Positions 62,338 to 64,000 of a DNA stretch of 64,000 nucleotides are shown in pieces. The stretch is from an uncultured Chloroflexia bacterium (lineage in GTDB: Bacteria > Chloroflexota > Limnocylindria > Limnocylindrales > CSP1-4), in assembly GCA_963727005.1 (NCBI GenBank), contig CAVSEO010000005.1, positions 833,044 through 897,043 of the forward strand. Reading direction: 5' to 3'. The stretch's first letter is position 1. Each line of letters starts with the position of its first letter. The position numbers were made by a program, and so were the translations under genes. Below the pieces are notes generated by a model. That model saw nothing but the letters and a program-made list of their open reading frames with translations. It was not told the origin of the DNA and did not search any database.

Positions 62338-63921
62338 GTGAAAGTCCTCGTTGCCGAGCCCCTGGCCAAGTCGGGTCTCGAAATCCTGCGGGCCCACCAC
62401 GAGGTCGATGAGAAGATCGGCCTCTCACCCGAAGAGCTGGCCGCGATCATCGGCGAGTACGACGCTCTGCTGGTCCGCAGCCAGGTCAAAGTCACGGCCG
62501 ACATCCTCGCCCACGCCACTCGCCTGGTGGTCATCGGCCGGGCCGGCGTGGGAGTGGACAACGTCGACCTCGAAGCCGCCACCAAGGCCGGCGTCGTCGT
62601 CGTGAATGCCCCCACCGGCAACACGGTCTCCGCCGCCGAGCAGACGATCGCCCTCATGCTGGCCCTCGCCCGAAAGACCGCCGCCGCCGACGCGTCGATG
62701 CGCCGGGGCGAGTGGAAGCGCAGCAGCTACACCGGCGTCGAGTTGCGCGGGCGAACCCTGGGCATCATCGGCCTGGGCAAGATCGGCCAGGCCGTGGCCG
62801 ACCGGGCCGCCGGCCTGGAGATGAACATCATCGGCTACGACCCGTTCGTGACCGCCGAGCAGGCCGCTCTGCACGGCGTGACCCTGGTCGACCTCAACGC
62901 GATCGTCGAGCAGTCGGACGTCATCACCGTCCACGTGCCGCTCAACAAGGCGACCCGGGACATCATCGGAGCCGAGCAGATCGCCCGGATGAAGCCCGGC
63001 GTGATGCTCGTCAACGTCGCCCGCGGCGGCGTCTACAACGAAGCGGCCGTCGCCCAGGCCCTGACGGACGGCAAGCTGGCCGGCGCCGCATTCGACGTCT
63101 ACGATCCCGAACCGCCGGTCGATTCTCCAATTCTGACGGCGCCCAATACGGTCCTCACGCCGCACCTGGGCGCCCTCACGGCCGAGGCTCAGCTACGCGT
63201 GGCCGAGGAGGCCTGCGAACAGGTCGTCGACGTACTCGCCGGCCGGTCTGCCAGGTACGCCGTCAACGCCCCGCTGCTGACGCCGGAGACTGCCCGCGCG
63301 ATCGCCCCCTACCTGCCCCTGACCGTAATCCTGGGCCGGATCGCGGCGCAGTACTTCCGCCATGCCGTCAAGACGCTCACCGTGGACGTCGCGGGCGACC
63401 TGGCCGACCACGACGCCTCACAGCTGACCGCGGCGGCCCTCCGCGGAGTGCTCGAGAACGCCACGACCGAGCGGGTCAACCTCATCAACGCGGGCTTCCT
63501 CGCCAAGAACCGTGGAATGGCGGTCAACGAGCGCAAGAGCTCGGACACCGGAACGTTCGCCTCGCTGGTCACCCTCACCCTCGAGGGCGACACGGGCAAG
63601 GCCGTCGTGGCGGGGACGATCGCCAACGGCGAGCCGCGTCTGGTCCGGATCGACGACGAGTGGCTCGACGTGGCGCCCACGCCGCTGATGCTCGTCACCC
63701 GCCATCAGGACAAGCCTGGCACTATGGGCCGCATCGGTCTCATGCTAGGCGAGGCGGACGTGAACATCAGCGCGATGCACCTGGCGCGAAATGCGCCGCG
63801 CCAGGACGCCCTGATGCTGCTCGCCGTCGACGACGAGATCCCCGATACAGTCGCCACGGCGATCCGGAACCACCCAGCGGTCCTCGACGTGTGGGTGATC
63901 CGCGCCGCCACGGATCGTTGA
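62338..63921 (+). CDS. serA: D-3-phosphoglycerate dehydrogenase, long form with C-terminal ASB and ACT domains
   Basis: Intact 527 aa with a GTG start after TAAGGAG. Motifs: GIIGLGKIGQAVA, NVARGG, TPHLGA, and the ACT end (DKPGTMGRIGLMLGEADVNI). Confidence 0.93.
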   Translation: MKVLVAEPLAKSGLEILRAHHEVDEKIGLSPEELAAIIGEYDALLVRSQVKVTADILAHATRLVVIGRAGVGVDNVDLEAATKAGVVVVNAPTGNTVSAAEQTIALMLALARKTAAADASMRRGEWKRSSYTGVELRGRTLGIIGLGKIGQAVADRAAGLEMNIIGYDPFVTAEQAALHGVTLVDLNAIVEQSDVITVHVPLNKATRDIIGAEQIARMKPGVMLVNVARGGVYNEAAVAQALTDGKLAGAAFDVYDPEPPVDSPILTAPNTVLTPHLGALTAEAQLRVAEEACEQVVDVLAGRSARYAVNAPLLTPETARAIAPYLPLTVILGRIAAQYFRHAVKTLTVDVAGDLADHDASQLTAAALRGVLENATTERVNLINAGFLAKNRGMAVNERKSSDTGTFASLVTLTLEGDTGKAVVAGTIANGEPRLVRIDDEWLDVAPTPLMLVTRHQDKPGTMGRIGLMLGEADVNISAMHLARNAPRQDALMLLAVDDEIPDTVATAIRNHPAVLDVWVIRAATDR

Positions 63922-63938
63922 GTCTCTCTCCGCGGGAT

Positions 63939-63987
63939 GCGGGGCGGCCTCGTGCCCGGGAAGCCCGGGCCTCCGGGGCCGCTCCGC
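63939..63987 (+). terminator. Long imperfect GC hairpin downstream of serA
   Basis: GCGGGGCGGCC ... GGCCGCTCCGC (one mismatch) encloses CCCGGG-AAG-CCCGGG, followed by TCATTCC. There is no clear U-tract. Confidence 0.35.
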
Positions 63988-64000
63988 TCATTCCCGACGG

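Overview
This is 64 kb of high-GC bacterial chromosome, roughly two-thirds G+C by eye. The gene content fits a monoderm high-GC lineage (Actinomycetota- or Chloroflexota-like): a FemX-type peptidoglycan branching enzyme, an F420-type LLM oxidoreductase, TrpB2, DUF2342, DUF2993 and DUF4446. I cannot place it more precisely without a database search.

I can support 53 protein genes, one tRNA-Met(CAU), three hairpin terminators and two -10-like promoter boxes. I see no rRNA, CRISPR array, transposase or phage genes. 44 of the 53 CDS lie on the minus strand in long co-directional arrays, with at least seven 4-nt ATGA/GTGA stop-start overlaps.

Core content:
- Translation and stringent response: typA, aspS, hisS, relA, ychF.
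- Cell wall: murE plus a femX-like gene, murI.
- DNA metabolism: xerC, topA, dprA, comM, rarA.
- Other: ftsH, tyrA, TrpB2, a class-V aminotransferase with serA.

The dominant technical feature is frameshifting. 29 of the 53 genes, including essential ones (hisS, murE, murI, typA, ftsH), are broken by 1-2 nt indels, roughly 50-55 by my count. The conserved protein sequence simply continues in another frame each time. Several giant ORFs in the six-frame track are therefore chimeras (4544..7255, 11615..14095, 20250..22415, 36784..39561). I read these as assembly indel errors rather than pseudogenes.

Loci worth a second look:
- A DnaB-C-terminal-domain-only ATPase tightly coupled to a ThpR/LigT 2H phosphoesterase.
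- A tandem pair of TM-anchored Ig-repeat/CAP-domain surface proteins with a near-identical 5-prime half, inserted between dprA and topA.
- An ECF sigma factor translationally coupled to an N-terminally extended NfeD protease and an SPFH protein.
- Two orphan receiver/MinD-type ATPases with degenerate receiver sites.
- An MrfA/MrfB-like helicase-exonuclease pair.
- A UvrD-type helicase fused to a Cas4/AddB-like Fe-S nuclease.
- A VapBC module.
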